Shown: positions 26,859 to 35,592, counted from the stretch's first letter. The stretch: DNA of 44,794 nucleotides from Candidatus Peribacteraceae bacterium (GCA_022843885.1 JALHMU010000002.1:1-44794); one strand, 5' to 3'. Numbers and translations are program-made. Notes: a model not told the origin generated them from the letters alone.

Positions 26859-27442
26859 CAGGCTATCACCTCCAATAAATCACGTACTTCCATAAGGGCG
26901 AATCCCAGCAGATTCCTGCCTTTCCATAGCCTTGGGTCGCGGGCGCCAGGCGCACTAGCCACCATGCCGATGCCCCATATTTTGTCCCACATACTCGCTT
27001 CAACGAGAATTTTTGGCGTGGTAGCGGCAAGAAAGTCAATCATTTTCGGGTGCGCCGAAAACTTAGCCAGGTTTGCTTTTACGACAATTTGAAAACAATG
27101 GTTTTGCCATTTTTCGCCGTCAAAATTCTGCACTTTTCGACCAAAAGCTTTTGCCTCTTTCGGTGTTTTGCATTCCAGAATATTTTTTAGCATCACCGCA
27201 TCGTCAAACAGACGCGCCTTTTCAGCCATCATGAAATGCTCAGCGGTCAAGTATTTAGTACCATCAATCTCAAACTCGGCAGAAAACCACTGACTAAGGC
27301 AAGCAGCGGTGATACTACCGTCGGTGCTCGACTTGTGACCGTAGAACAAGAGGTAATCAACCTCCTGCCCGTGTTCTAGTTGCTCGATCAGTTTTTCTCT
27401 TGAATATTTCAACGCGGTTCCATAAATTACGGTGCTGTCCAC
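26858..27442 (-). CDS. NADAR (YbiA/DUF1768) family protein
   Basis: 194 aa. YLLFYGHK...LSQWFSAEFEIDGTKYLTAEHFMMAEKARLFDD...PKEAKAFGRKVQNFDGEKW...KANLAKFSAHP...LVEAS.WDKIWGIG follows the NADAR/YbiA consensus throughout. Confidence 0.8.
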   Translation of the reverse strand: MDSTVIYGTALKYSREKLIEQLEHGQEVDYLLFYGHKSSTDGSITAACLSQWFSAEFEIDGTKYLTAEHFMMAEKARLFDDAVMLKNILECKTPKEAKAFGRKVQNFDGEKWQNHCFQIVVKANLAKFSAHPKMIDFLAATTPKILVEASMWDKIWGIGMVASAPGARDPRLWKGRNLLGFALMEVRDLLEVIA

Positions 27443-27849
27443 GGATCGATAACAGGCACGCCAAGGGCTTGAAACGGCGCCACATCGCGCGTAGCGACAC
27501 TGAAATTATGCACGCTGGCGATAGCGCCAATTTGTCCATCAGGCATCGAGACGGCTTTACCTTGGGCGCGCGCGGCGCTCAGTAACTGGCTGTAAGCCAT
27601 GGCAGCAGCATGATCGAATGGCAGGATTCTTGTATCGAACAAGCGAGAAATGAGCAAATCGAGGGCTGCACTGATTGTAGATTTCCGCTTGCCATCAGGC
27701 ATTACAGCGATACCGATCAGAAGTTCTGCCAGGCTGGTGGACGCAAGATACAGCGTCTCGGCTGATTGCTGGTCAAGCCAGGCGATAACTGCCGGGTCTC
27801 TGCCTGGCTTGAGCGCTTCGGACACCACATTTGTATCGAGAACAATCAT
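27427..27849 (-). CDS. vapC: PIN-domain toxin VapC/FitB-like
   Basis: 140 aa. It begins MIVLDTNVVSE, has acidic residues spaced as in PIN domains, and overlaps the upstream antitoxin by 4 nt. Confidence 0.85.
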   Translation of the reverse strand: MIVLDTNVVSEALKPGRDPAVIAWLDQQSAETLYLASTSLAELLIGIAVMPDGKRKSTISAALDLLISRLFDTRILPFDHAAAMAYSQLLSAARAQGKAVSMPDGQIGAIASVHNFSVATRDVAPFQALGVPVIDPWTAP

Positions 27850-28085
27850 TCAAAACTCGCTATGCGTGGGGGTTCCTGTTCGCGCTCTACTTTTAGATCG
27901 TCTAATTTGTATTTGTCGCCGAATGCTGCAAGCTCTGAGCCTACCTTGATCCGCTCTTTGGGTCTTACTGCCGCTTCTAGAATTTCGCGCACTTCCGCTT
28001 CGGTGCTGCGCCCGTTCTGGGCAGCTCTAACACGTAAAGCGCGGTGGGTTTCTTCAGGCAGATTTCTAACTGTAATTGATGCCAT
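27846..28085 (-). CDS. vapB: VapB/FitA-type (Arc/RHH-like, plasmid-stability) antitoxin
   Basis: MASITVRNLPEETHRALRVRAAQNGRSTEAEVREILE is the FitA/StbC-type N-terminus. ATG 28085 is preceded by AAGAGGTG. The longer ORF to 28118 lacks an RBS. Confidence 0.75.
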   Translation of the reverse strand: MASITVRNLPEETHRALRVRAAQNGRSTEAEVREILEAAVRPKERIKVGSELAAFGDKYKLDDLKVEREQEPPRIASFE

Positions 28086-28229
28086 GATTTCACCTCTTAA
28101 ATATCGATTGCACTGCAAGCAATGATATCACATTTCTAATAATGACAGCAAGGCGAAACATGGCGCCGGTTTGTTTCTTCGCCTAAGGCATGGCGGGGCA
28201 CCTGAGTTGGCACCCCGCTATGCCTGCCT

Positions 28230-28697
28230 TTATGGCCACAGGTGGGGCCGGGTCTCTCTGAGGCTGCATGAGCCGTTAGAGCTAACGATCAAGTGATCGA
28301 TAACCGAGACGCCTAGCAGCTTGCCCGCTTTTATCAAGGTTTCAGTGGTTTCCAGGTCTTCCGGGCTCGGACTGAGCGATCCGGCTGGGTGGTTGTGGGC
28401 AACGATTATTGCATACGAATTAGCAAGCAAAGCAGCTTTGAAAACCTCCCGCGGATGCACAAGAGACGCGCTAACAGTGCCATGAGAGACGATGTGATAG
28501 CCGATTACTTGATTCTTTGCGTCCAGGTGAAAAGCTACAAAATGCTCTTCTGAGTAGTGTTTAAGCGGTTCCACAAATCGCTCCAGGTCGTCAGGGCAAC
28601 CAATCGGAACGGGCTTAGCGCCCGGCTCTTTGATAAGTGCAAGGCGCATTTCAGGCACGATGTATTTTAGGTGTTTTTTCAGGGTCCGGCTGTTCAT
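28230..28697 (-). CDS. radC: RadC-like JAB/MPN domain protein
   Basis: IIVAHNHPAGSLSPSPEDLETTETLIKAGKLLGVSVIDHLIV is the JAMM/RadC motif. ATG 28697 is preceded by GGAGGAAA. Confidence 0.85.
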   Translation of the reverse strand: MNSRTLKKHLKYIVPEMRLALIKEPGAKPVPIGCPDDLERFVEPLKHYSEEHFVAFHLDAKNQVIGYHIVSHGTVSASLVHPREVFKAALLANSYAIIVAHNHPAGSLSPSPEDLETTETLIKAGKLLGVSVIDHLIVSSNGSCSLRETRPHLWP

Positions 28698-29096
28698 GCT
28701 GTTTTCCTCCAGTCTAGCTAGGTGCAGGGCTGCGCAGCGCACCCCATGCAGCACATGCCGGTCAGCCCCCAGGCACGGGATCCGGTGTCAATGCCTCCGA
28801 CCGCAGGGAGGACCGAAGGCTTGGGCATTGACACTGGGTGACGGGGGCTAGGCTTATGTGCCGGGCATGGAAGGAAGCGAGCAAGCCCGTGTATCCCGCC
28901 AGGTCTGGATTAAATATGGCTGCGGGGCAGTCTTCGCCAGTGATTTAGGTTTTGCAGTGGCGTAAGAAGTCCTAAAAAACGGGCAAAAAACAACCAGGGA
29001 ATTCCACCTTTCCTAAACGAGCATCTTTGTCCAATGATGTTGTAAGGAATTCCAATCAATCACCCCGCCGTCTGTTTCAGTCTTCGAGGTTCATTT

Positions 29097-29372
29097 ATGA
29101 AAAAAGCAAGTCGCCGCAAGCAAACACAAATGATCGACCGCGAAGCGGTTGAAAATGCCATGCTCGATACGATGCGATTGAGAGCGGCATTGCTTCTTGC
29201 CTGCACCGAGCTGTGCAACGGCGACCCCCTGGAAGGCTGGGGACTGGCGGAAGAGTTTTATGACCAGGCGCCGGCCCTCATCGCAGGTTTAACCGACACG
29301 GGCAAAACCCAATTGCCTTGCGGTCCGGCGCAAGTGCTACAATTTCCGACCAAACCAGATTCAAAGCCTTAG
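29097..29372 (+). CDS. Small hypothetical protein (91 aa)
   Basis: The ATG is preceded by GAGG, and a strong terminator follows at 29399. I recognise no motif. Confidence 0.4.
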   Translation: MKKASRRKQTQMIDREAVENAMLDTMRLRAALLLACTELCNGDPLEGWGLAEEFYDQAPALIAGLTDTGKTQLPCGPAQVLQFPTKPDSKP

Positions 29373-29398
29373 TGGACGAGGATTAGGATAAGGAATTA

Positions 29399-29430
29399 GG
29401 CGGGGGCAAGCCCCCGCCTTTGTTTTTGTT
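29399..29430 (+). terminator. Rho-independent terminator GGCGGGGG-caag-CCCCCGCC + T-run
   Basis: A perfect 8-bp GC stem at 29399-29418 is followed by tttgtttttgtt. It lies between the convergent 29097 (+) and ssb (-) genes. Confidence 0.8.
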
Positions 29431-29815
29431 ATGCGGCTGCCTTACTCTTACGAGCGGACTTCGCTTCGCTCGACTTTTCAGATTCAGGCTTTTTGCCACA
29501 GAGGTGGAATCCCGAGAGCTTCACCACCGGACGTTTCATCTCGACCTTAACGCCGTTGATTTCCTTCATGTATTTGGAGATTGAGAGCCTGCCAGCAATT
29601 GCAACTTCGCGTCCTTCAGTTATGTATTTCATAACCCGGTCAGCAAGCCCGTTCCAGGACTCGACATCAATCCACATAGGCTCCGGATTGTCGGTTTTGG
29701 ATGAGTAGTCGGCCACGGCTAGAGAGAACTTAGCCAGTTTGTTGTCCGTGTCAGTGAAGGTTGTTGAGGTGGGATTTTGACCGACGCGACCGATGAAGTT
29801 GACTTGGTTGTTCAT
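29429..29815 (-). CDS. ssb: Single-stranded DNA-binding protein (OB fold) with basic rather than acidic C-terminal tail
   Basis: MNNQVNFIGRVGQNPTSTTF....AKFSLAV......W..VESWNGLADRVMKYITEGREVAIAGRL is a typical SSB OB fold. ATG 29815 is preceded by GGAGG. The tail ends KSARKSKAAA. Confidence 0.8.
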   Translation of the reverse strand: MNNQVNFIGRVGQNPTSTTFTDTDNKLAKFSLAVADYSSKTDNPEPMWIDVESWNGLADRVMKYITEGREVAIAGRLSISKYMKEINGVKVEMKRPVVKLSGFHLCGKKPESEKSSEAKSARKSKAAA

Positions 29816-30231
29816 AAGATGGCACCTCCAGTGCTGTGTTTGAGTGCCAAAAGACACGCAACTGTTTTCGTGAGTGCAAGGACGCCGAGGCGCGGAACGC
29901 AGTGGAGTTTATCCTTGCACGGTAGAAAACCGGTGCCAGAGTTAGGCACTTTCTTACACAGCCCTGGGGTAGCCAGATATGCACAACCAACGAACATCAA
30001 GGCGCAGAGGTCTTCTCGCCTTAAGAACCATCAAAACGGACAATAAAAACGTGAGTTCTCTAAAGCCTGAAGACACTCATCACAGGACAATCCGAGACCA
30101 AACTTGATGTCGAAGAAAAGGACTAGTTGACCGAGCCAGAGATAACCGAAGACGCGTACAAACTAGACAAGCTCTCACTCTCCACAAAGGAATAAACGGC
30201 GTTAGAGATGAAACGCCAGGGCTCTCAAAGA

Positions 30232-31026
30232 TTACGGCAAACAAAAAGCGCAAGTCTGACATGGGCGAAGCGAGTCTTTCTGAGCCTTTAGAGCAAGGTT
30301 GCCCATAGCAGCAGGGCAGAGGGTGAGCAGGTCATGTCGCACAGGCTCTACATGTCGCCCACCTCGGTGATAAGGAAAACTAACGATGTCTGTTTCAGAA
30401 TCCATCACCTCGAAAGATCGAATAACTCCCGAATCCAGGTCGCTGTCCTGCAAGAGAGCTAGCTTCCAAACTGCTGCAGGCGTTTTGCACAATGCCAAAA
30501 TCGCTTGTTCATAGTTCTCAGAATCAACCGAAAGCCAGCCCTGGCAGTTGGGTAGAGCCGCTAATTCAGTCAACGCATCGAACACAAGTCCGGGAGCAAA
30601 ACTTCTGGTGTAAAACCAGAACTTGCACCCAGTGTACTTTTGAGCGGTTAGCATCCAAGCACGAACGTAATCGACGGAGAAAAAATCTCCCACATCGTGG
30701 ATACGCAAAGTCCAAGGGATTGTAGTTTGCACACCAGCAATCCTGGCAGTGAGCCAATCGCGTGGGCGTGCTTGATCAACAAGCATCGAAAGATTTTCAG
30801 CCAGTAGCTCCGGGCCGCCCTCGTCAAGGAGGAATTGCAAAGTCCGCAAATTACGAGCCCGCTTTGCTTTCTGACCTTGACTTTGATAGCGGATTCCGTT
30901 GCCATAGCATAGTCGTTTGCAAAGTGTAGTCGCATTGATGCATGTCTCAGTCCGTGGAAGACTGAATGCCCATCCTACTTTGCTGTTATTGGTCAGCTCC
31001 AAACCATAATCAAGAGTTATTGCCAT
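30232..31026 (-). CDS. GP88-like (phage/plasmid gene product 88 family) Cys-rich protein
   Basis: FSLPRTETCINATTLCKRLCYGNG at the N-terminus and CPAAMG....CQTCAFC at the C-terminus match my recollection of PF17338-type proteins. ATG 31026 is preceded by GGAGA. The 5' extension to 31218 looks non-coding. Confidence 0.5.
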   Translation of the reverse strand: MAITLDYGLELTNNSKVGWAFSLPRTETCINATTLCKRLCYGNGIRYQSQGQKAKRARNLRTLQFLLDEGGPELLAENLSMLVDQARPRDWLTARIAGVQTTIPWTLRIHDVGDFFSVDYVRAWMLTAQKYTGCKFWFYTRSFAPGLVFDALTELAALPNCQGWLSVDSENYEQAILALCKTPAAVWKLALLQDSDLDSGVIRSFEVMDSETDIVSFPYHRGGRHVEPVRHDLLTLCPAAMGNLALKAQKDSLRPCQTCAFCLP

Positions 31027-31310
31027 CGTCCATTTCTCCATGAGCCTAAACTGGCAGCACGCGCTGCTGTGGCTCGCCCCCCGGCTTGGCTCCGGAGCGA
31101 CTACGTCAGTAAAAAATTCAGGAGAAAAAGAGACAAGGCGGTCGCGCCGGTGGTGCAAAGTCGGGAGAATGGGCGAACCAGCGCGGCGAGAGCAGGAACA
31201 ACCTGGTCTTGGGGGCAACCAATAAGACTCAGGAAATTTTCAAAAATCGTTGCCATAATCCAGCCAAAAGTTCTCGCTAAAGTAATTTCAGTGAGCAAGG
31301 CGGGCGGATT

Positions 31311-32702
31311 ATGGCAAGACTAGAAGACCTTCAAAACCGCGAAACACAAGGTATTGAGTCACGAAATGCCGCCTTTCTTTCGCAATCTGTACAAGATTTG
31401 TTTGAGACAAAGTTTGGTCCAGGTATTCAAAATGCTTTGCCGGAACTATTAGATTTTGGGGCAGGGCCGGACTTATACCTGTCGGCCGCTTATACTGATG
31501 ACAGCCGATCTTCAGCGGGTGTTTTCATGGCGGACGAGTCAGACAACAAACCAGAGGTGCCTAAAGTACAGTCCCCGTGGGACGCTCTACGTCGTCCTGA
31601 TGCCATCCGGACGAAGGAAGACGAGGCGATTTGGGCCAAGATGCAGGAGCCCCATAAGCTCGGAAAGGATGAGTCTGCCACGCATATCGGGCTTACGCCA
31701 GAGGTGGTCGCTGATATGCAGAAGAAAGGACAGGCGTCTAAACTGGTCTTTTTTGACAGCGCAGCCGAAGGCGCTCTGTCTGCACTCCAAGAAACGGCCA
31801 AGGAAAAGCCGACTTTGTTGGCGAATGTTCCTGAAGCCCAAGATGTCGTTTCCGACATGACCAGGGGCGGCCTGCCGATGCCGGGGACGTTGCTTCCAGA
31901 GCCATGGATGCTCAAGGCCGGTGCTGATCTGTTTCCTACTTTCTGCAAGATCGCTTTGAACGCAACATCGGCCAAATTCCAAGAAACGTTTGATGCTGTG
32001 AAGAAAGCCGTAGTCAATCCTATCGAGCATCCTTTCCGAGGACATGAAGAAGCGACGCTAGCCCTTGTTCCACAGGCTAGTTGGAGCGAAGCATACAAGG
32101 CTTTCCCTGACCTGAAGAAGATTGGTGGATTGTCAGAAGAGCAGTCCACCAGACTAATGAAAGCGATTGTGGGCAATGAATTGACCTTTTACGGACCTGA
32201 AGACAAAGCGCAGGATGCAATTTGCGTGGCCGGACAAGGAAGATTCATAATGGGCAAAACGGTAGGATTCGCACAGATAGCCCCTGAAGGAGTGCGCAAA
32301 GTCTCTGCTGAATTCGATGAAGAAGTTAAGAAGGGCAGTCGGGCGATGAATCCGCTTGCGAAGCTAGCAGCACTTAGCGACGACGAACTAGCAAAAGCGA
32401 TGCTGAAGCCAGAGAATGTGCCGGTCTTAGTCGCGGCAAACATCGCACACAATCTAAAAATGTTTGCCAACCATGCAAGCGAAGTGGAGATAAACCCACT
32501 GACACTGGGCTATCAGTTCAATCCGGACTGCGTTTATGCAAAAACAGACACAAAACACTCGAAAATATTGAGCACGAAAGAAGCTCGCAAAATGGGTCTT
32601 GGTGACGATGATACGGTTACAGCGTTGCCGTCAAAAAACGTTCTGGCAAAATCGGAACACGCGCACAACATTGAAAAATGGCTCAAGAAGCTGGGCGGCT
32701 AA
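31311..32702 (+). CDS. Large hypothetical protein (463 aa)
   Basis: A long ORF divergent from the GP88-like gene. There is a possible lytic-transglycosylase-like stretch (GNELTFYGPED...GKTVGFAQIAPEGV), but this is weak. Confidence 0.5.
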   Translation: MARLEDLQNRETQGIESRNAAFLSQSVQDLFETKFGPGIQNALPELLDFGAGPDLYLSAAYTDDSRSSAGVFMADESDNKPEVPKVQSPWDALRRPDAIRTKEDEAIWAKMQEPHKLGKDESATHIGLTPEVVADMQKKGQASKLVFFDSAAEGALSALQETAKEKPTLLANVPEAQDVVSDMTRGGLPMPGTLLPEPWMLKAGADLFPTFCKIALNATSAKFQETFDAVKKAVVNPIEHPFRGHEEATLALVPQASWSEAYKAFPDLKKIGGLSEEQSTRLMKAIVGNELTFYGPEDKAQDAICVAGQGRFIMGKTVGFAQIAPEGVRKVSAEFDEEVKKGSRAMNPLAKLAALSDDELAKAMLKPENVPVLVAANIAHNLKMFANHASEVEINPLTLGYQFNPDCVYAKTDTKHSKILSTKEARKMGLGDDDTVTALPSKNVLAKSEHAHNIEKWLKKLGG

Positions 32703-32989
32703 GATTTTTTCGTGACGATTTTGATTATTTCGTAAACGCCAAGGCCTAATGCTCCAGAAGCAAAGCCGCATGCAGCCCCTATCACAAGTGCAAACTTTAG
32801 CGATTCGGTTTCGTCACCGGGTTGTTTTATTTCCCAACCGGCGAACCGAGCTCGTGCTCGGTGCATGTCTTTAAGACCATAGTCATACCAGTGCCAGACG
32901 GAAAGTCCGCCAATAATAAAAAACGGTAGCAGAAAGGCAATTAACCGCCCTTTGGAAAGGAATTTTTTTCGCCCTGGTTGATCGTCCAT
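32699..32989 (-). CDS. Small membrane protein (two predicted TM helices)
   Basis: 96 aa with hydrophobic segments LIAFLLPFFIIGGLSVW and FALVIGAACGFASGALGLGVY. It converges with and overlaps the 31311 gene by 4 nt. Confidence 0.45.
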   Translation of the reverse strand: MDDQPGRKKFLSKGRLIAFLLPFFIIGGLSVWHWYDYGLKDMHRARARFAGWEIKQPGDETESLKFALVIGAACGFASGALGLGVYEIIKIVTKKS

Positions 32990-33034
32990 CGTTCAAGTAT
33001 AAAACTCTCGCGTTAGCATGCCAGGCTTCAAACT

Positions 33035-34642
33035 TTAGAAAGCGGGCGGCCCCCTGGTCTTTGGGAGACTTTCGTGTACGACGGACCGCCCAGTAATAAC
33101 AAAACACAGATCCGAGCCACTGGACTGCTGATAATTAGAAGACACGTAAAGAATTGAAGAAGCCAAAGAACTGACCTGTTCAGGCGGCGCGGACGTTACT
33201 TCAGGAACAACTAAATTGTCTTCTTGAAGAAGGTCAGGAGCTTCCTGAACGAGATCAGGAACGATTGAAATGAACAGGGCCGGGCGCTCCGGCGGCCTAA
33301 GATCGCCTCCCCCGTTTGACAACCGGAATATTCCCCAGATATCTACATGGCGCCGGATCGTCTTTCGGTCGCAGCCGGTGACGCGTTCCAATGCCCGCAC
33401 ACTGACCCGCTTGCCATTTTCCAGCAGTAGCAGTACTCCACTGCGAATTTGTTCGCGCGCGCCTTCTTCCCTTCCGACATTGCCTTTTCTGAAATCGTCG
33501 GGGCACCAGACTCGTCCAGTTTGTTTTGTCAGTCGTATTAGGCGATCGATTGCGCGATCGCTAAGGTTGGAATAACTGGGCTGGCTTTGGTGAGAGCGCT
33601 CAGCGCCTTCAGAAGGCGTCCAATTGCAAGCGGACTGTATATCCCGTCCTATTTGGCCCCAATCGCCTTTCAAAACCGATTTTGAGAAGCCGTTGTGTTT
33701 TTCTCGCAGCCAGGCTTCGATTACTTGGGCCCTTTGCTCAGCACGAGCCACCCCTGGTAATGCCCTGACACCTTCGGCTACGTCGCCATACCAGAGGTAG
33801 TGCCCAATAGATAAAACCGCCTGGTGGCGTTGAGAAGGCGCGGTCAGCCCGTTTAACCAGAATTCGCGACCGGCGTTATAAACGTCCGGTAGCATGCCGG
33901 CGAAAGTGAAGAAGTCGGAAAAGCCGTCATCTGGCGGATCTTGCTCCGGCGTCGCCGGCGGAACGATATCGGTCGCGGCGGCGGATTCAATGGCTTCTAG
34001 CCTGCGTTTTATACAATCCTGGACGTAGTACCAATCATGACTGTTTGCGTCCAGGTCCTCGACAAAGGTAGTTATTGCCTGATCAGTGGAGATGTCTTCT
34101 CTTGTAAATCTAGTTTCCCCTTGGTCATCCAGCCAGGCAAAGCCGCGTTGTAGGGGCAAGCGGAGCCCATTGTTTGACGGGAAGAGTTCAAGCTGACCTT
34201 TTCTGACTTCAATTCCTTCAGCCAGTAGCCATCGTTTGAAAAGGTCGTGACTTTCTCTGCTATCAACTAATTGGTCAAAAGCCAAGTAAATATGCCAGCC
34301 TTCGCTTTCACTAGATTGATACAAGAGCGGATTCAGTAGCCCGACCGACGAAAGCAGGTGTTTGAGACGGGCAAGACCAATTTCGTTGTGATACTGGCTT
34401 TCTATATCAACATCAAAAACAGAAACCTGTGACTGCTTGTCCCAACGACATCCCCAAAAGCATTTTTCCTTCAATGCAATTGCAGACAAAATAGTGTCAT
34501 CTGTGAGATGTCCGTGGCGGCTGACAGTGACCCAATCGCGGTGCGGCCATTTCAATATGCTTCTTTGCCTGTTCGGAAACAGCGACAAAAATCTTTGTCG
34601 CACGTCCTCAAAAGCAACTTTAGTTTGCGCGCTCAAATCCAC
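33035..34642 (-). CDS. AEP/prim-pol-like replicase-type protein with C-terminal HTH (paralogue C)
   Basis: 535 aa. The motifs are VSVFDVDIES (DxD), SESEGWHIYLAF (sxH) and GLRLPLQRGFAWLD. The middle block GLTAPSQRHQAVLSIGHYLWYGD is shared with paralogue B. The C-terminal HTH is VSVRALERVTGCDRKTIRRHV. Confidence 0.6.
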   Translation of the reverse strand: MDLSAQTKVAFEDVRQRFLSLFPNRQRSILKWPHRDWVTVSRHGHLTDDTILSAIALKEKCFWGCRWDKQSQVSVFDVDIESQYHNEIGLARLKHLLSSVGLLNPLLYQSSESEGWHIYLAFDQLVDSRESHDLFKRWLLAEGIEVRKGQLELFPSNNGLRLPLQRGFAWLDDQGETRFTREDISTDQAITTFVEDLDANSHDWYYVQDCIKRRLEAIESAAATDIVPPATPEQDPPDDGFSDFFTFAGMLPDVYNAGREFWLNGLTAPSQRHQAVLSIGHYLWYGDVAEGVRALPGVARAEQRAQVIEAWLREKHNGFSKSVLKGDWGQIGRDIQSACNWTPSEGAERSHQSQPSYSNLSDRAIDRLIRLTKQTGRVWCPDDFRKGNVGREEGAREQIRSGVLLLLENGKRVSVRALERVTGCDRKTIRRHVDIWGIFRLSNGGGDLRPPERPALFISIVPDLVQEAPDLLQEDNLVVPEVTSAPPEQVSSLASSILYVSSNYQQSSGSDLCFVITGRSVVHESLPKTRGPPAF

Positions 34643-34802
34643 TGAGCGCGCCGAAGCATGTCCGGTAATTGTTTGTCACCCGTAATTTTTGACGAGTTGA
34701 CCTATCCGGACCGTTGGTTTATTCTGGTGTCACTTCGGAAAAATAGCCAAAAATCCGACGACAACTGAATATCTTGAGGTCCGCAAAAGATCTCTCAAAA
34801 AA

Positions 34803-34830
34803 CATCGCCCCCAAGCGGTGTTTTTTGTTT
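34803..34830. terminator. Hairpin flanked by an A-run and a T-run (aaaaaa catcgc ccccaa gcggtg tttttt), homologous to 25871-25897
   Basis: Read directly. It has bidirectional terminator-like geometry and lies in the leader of the paralogue C gene. Confidence 0.55.
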
Positions 34831-35020
34831 AGTTGATTGTTTGAGTCAGCGGTTCTGCTTTCTAGGGAGCCGGGCTCCAGATGTCTAACGGATATGCATT
34901 GGTTTTCTTTGCCAAGTGCCACCAGCCACTATATAAGGTGCCTGGAAATCGATCAACACTTTGGATCTCTCAGAAGCGGATCGCCGGGCAGTTCAACCCA
35001 TGCAGAATTGAGCCTGAAAT

Positions 35021-35592
35021 GCACTTCGTGGTGCTAAACCGTGTGCATAAGCCAATTGCCAAAAGGCAGAATAGGGATACCCGAAACAAAGACGAAACGA
35101 CCGCGAAGTTTTTCGGACTATCGCGAAGCGCCACGAAGAACCCCGAAGAGTCACACAAAGAAATAGACCAATGCACCACGAAGCACGCAGAAACGCCCAA
35201 TCATCAAACAGGTTGGGACCTTCCGGGTTTCAGCAAATTCCACCAAAACCACTTCGTCCTCTCACTTCGGGGTAGCGCGAAGAGCACCACGAAAACCTTC
35301 GGGGCGTTCCGAAACACTTCTGGATATACCACCGAAATGATTTCGCAGTTAGTTCGCGATGACTTCCGCATGTTCGGGTTGAACTGTAAAAGCCAACAAC
35401 GGCAAGGGTTAAGGGAAATTCTGTCTAGTTCGGGGCATTCGGAACGAACGCGAAAAACCAAAAGGCGCTATATCACCGAAAATTTTTTATCGCGAAGAGA
35501 TCCACCGGCGGCGGTTTTGCGAACTAGGTCGTTTCAGGGTCTACCTCGAAACGATTTCTTGCTAATTCTTCGCCCGCATGGATGGCGAAGAG
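35021..35592. repeat. Repeat-dense non-coding spacer: many copies of a CGAAG-core motif in both orientations
   Basis: GC(A/G)CCACGAA(G/A) occurs at 35021-35034 (inverted), 35129-35138, 35173-35183 and 35284-35294. CGCGAAG occurs at 35102, 35122, 35276 and 35491. CCCCGAAG occurs at 35141 (+), 35265 (-) and 35298 (-). CGAAGAG occurs at 35144, 35278, 35493 and 35586. Confidence 0.7.

Noticed and set aside
31027-31218. 64-codon N-terminal extension of the GP88-like ORF
   Set aside because: It is Pro/Arg/Cys-rich with no SD, whereas the internal ATG at 31026 has GGAGA at the proper distance and family similarity starts there.
31490-32176. Long antisense ORFs inside confident genes (31490..32176 here; also 1553..1849, 12466..12909, 19580..20047, 36195..36479, 40567..40845)
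   Set aside because: Each lies wholly inside a gene with clear family motifs on the other strand and has low-complexity composition. They are typical shadow ORFs.
32200-32260. Walker-A-like string GRFIMGKT in the 463-aa protein
   Set aside because: It fits GxxxxGKT formally, but the intervening residues are hydrophobic and no Walker B or other NTPase motif follows. It is probably coincidental.
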